This document shows positions 59,059 to 64,000 of a stretch of 64,000 bases of DNA, in pieces. The DNA is from the human T2T-CHM13v2.0 reference genome, Homo sapiens: the NCBI RefSeq assembly GCF_009914755.1, contig NC_060947.1; one strand, written 5' to 3'. The notes beneath the pieces are model-generated. The model had not been told where the DNA came from and searched no databases. It was given only the letters and a program-made list of their open reading frames with translations. The translations under genes were made by a program, and so were the position numbers. Numbering within the stretch: the stretch's first letter is position 1; every line of letters starts with the position of its first letter.

Positions 59059-64000
<4,942 letters not shown>

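Overview
Primate (most likely human) chrX DNA inside the androgen receptor gene (AR), + strand. It contains the 3' ~43 kb of intron 1, exon 2 (43091-43242, first zinc finger/P-box of the DNA-binding domain) and the first ~21 kb of intron 2. Almost all other ORFs in the track are LINE-1 fragments or chance. The repeat content is L1PA/L1M, L2, MIR, Alu/FAM, MaLR LTRs, hAT MITEs and microsatellites. I see no new gene family. The best leads are: (1) a full-length antisense L1PA whose antisense-promoter ORF0 is open and whose donor at ORF0 nt 191 is in frame with AR exon 2, predicting an ORF0-AR fusion lacking the N-terminal domain; (2) TSD and poly(A) evidence that this L1 arrived with a ~0.7 kb 3' transduction; (3) an in-frame cryptic acceptor 36 nt upstream of exon 2; (4) direct and inverted L1 pairs bracketing exon 2; (5) an ARE/forkhead/HOX motif cluster ~4 kb into intron 2. 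Repeat subfamily names and most old-repeat boundaries were assigned by eye and are approximate.
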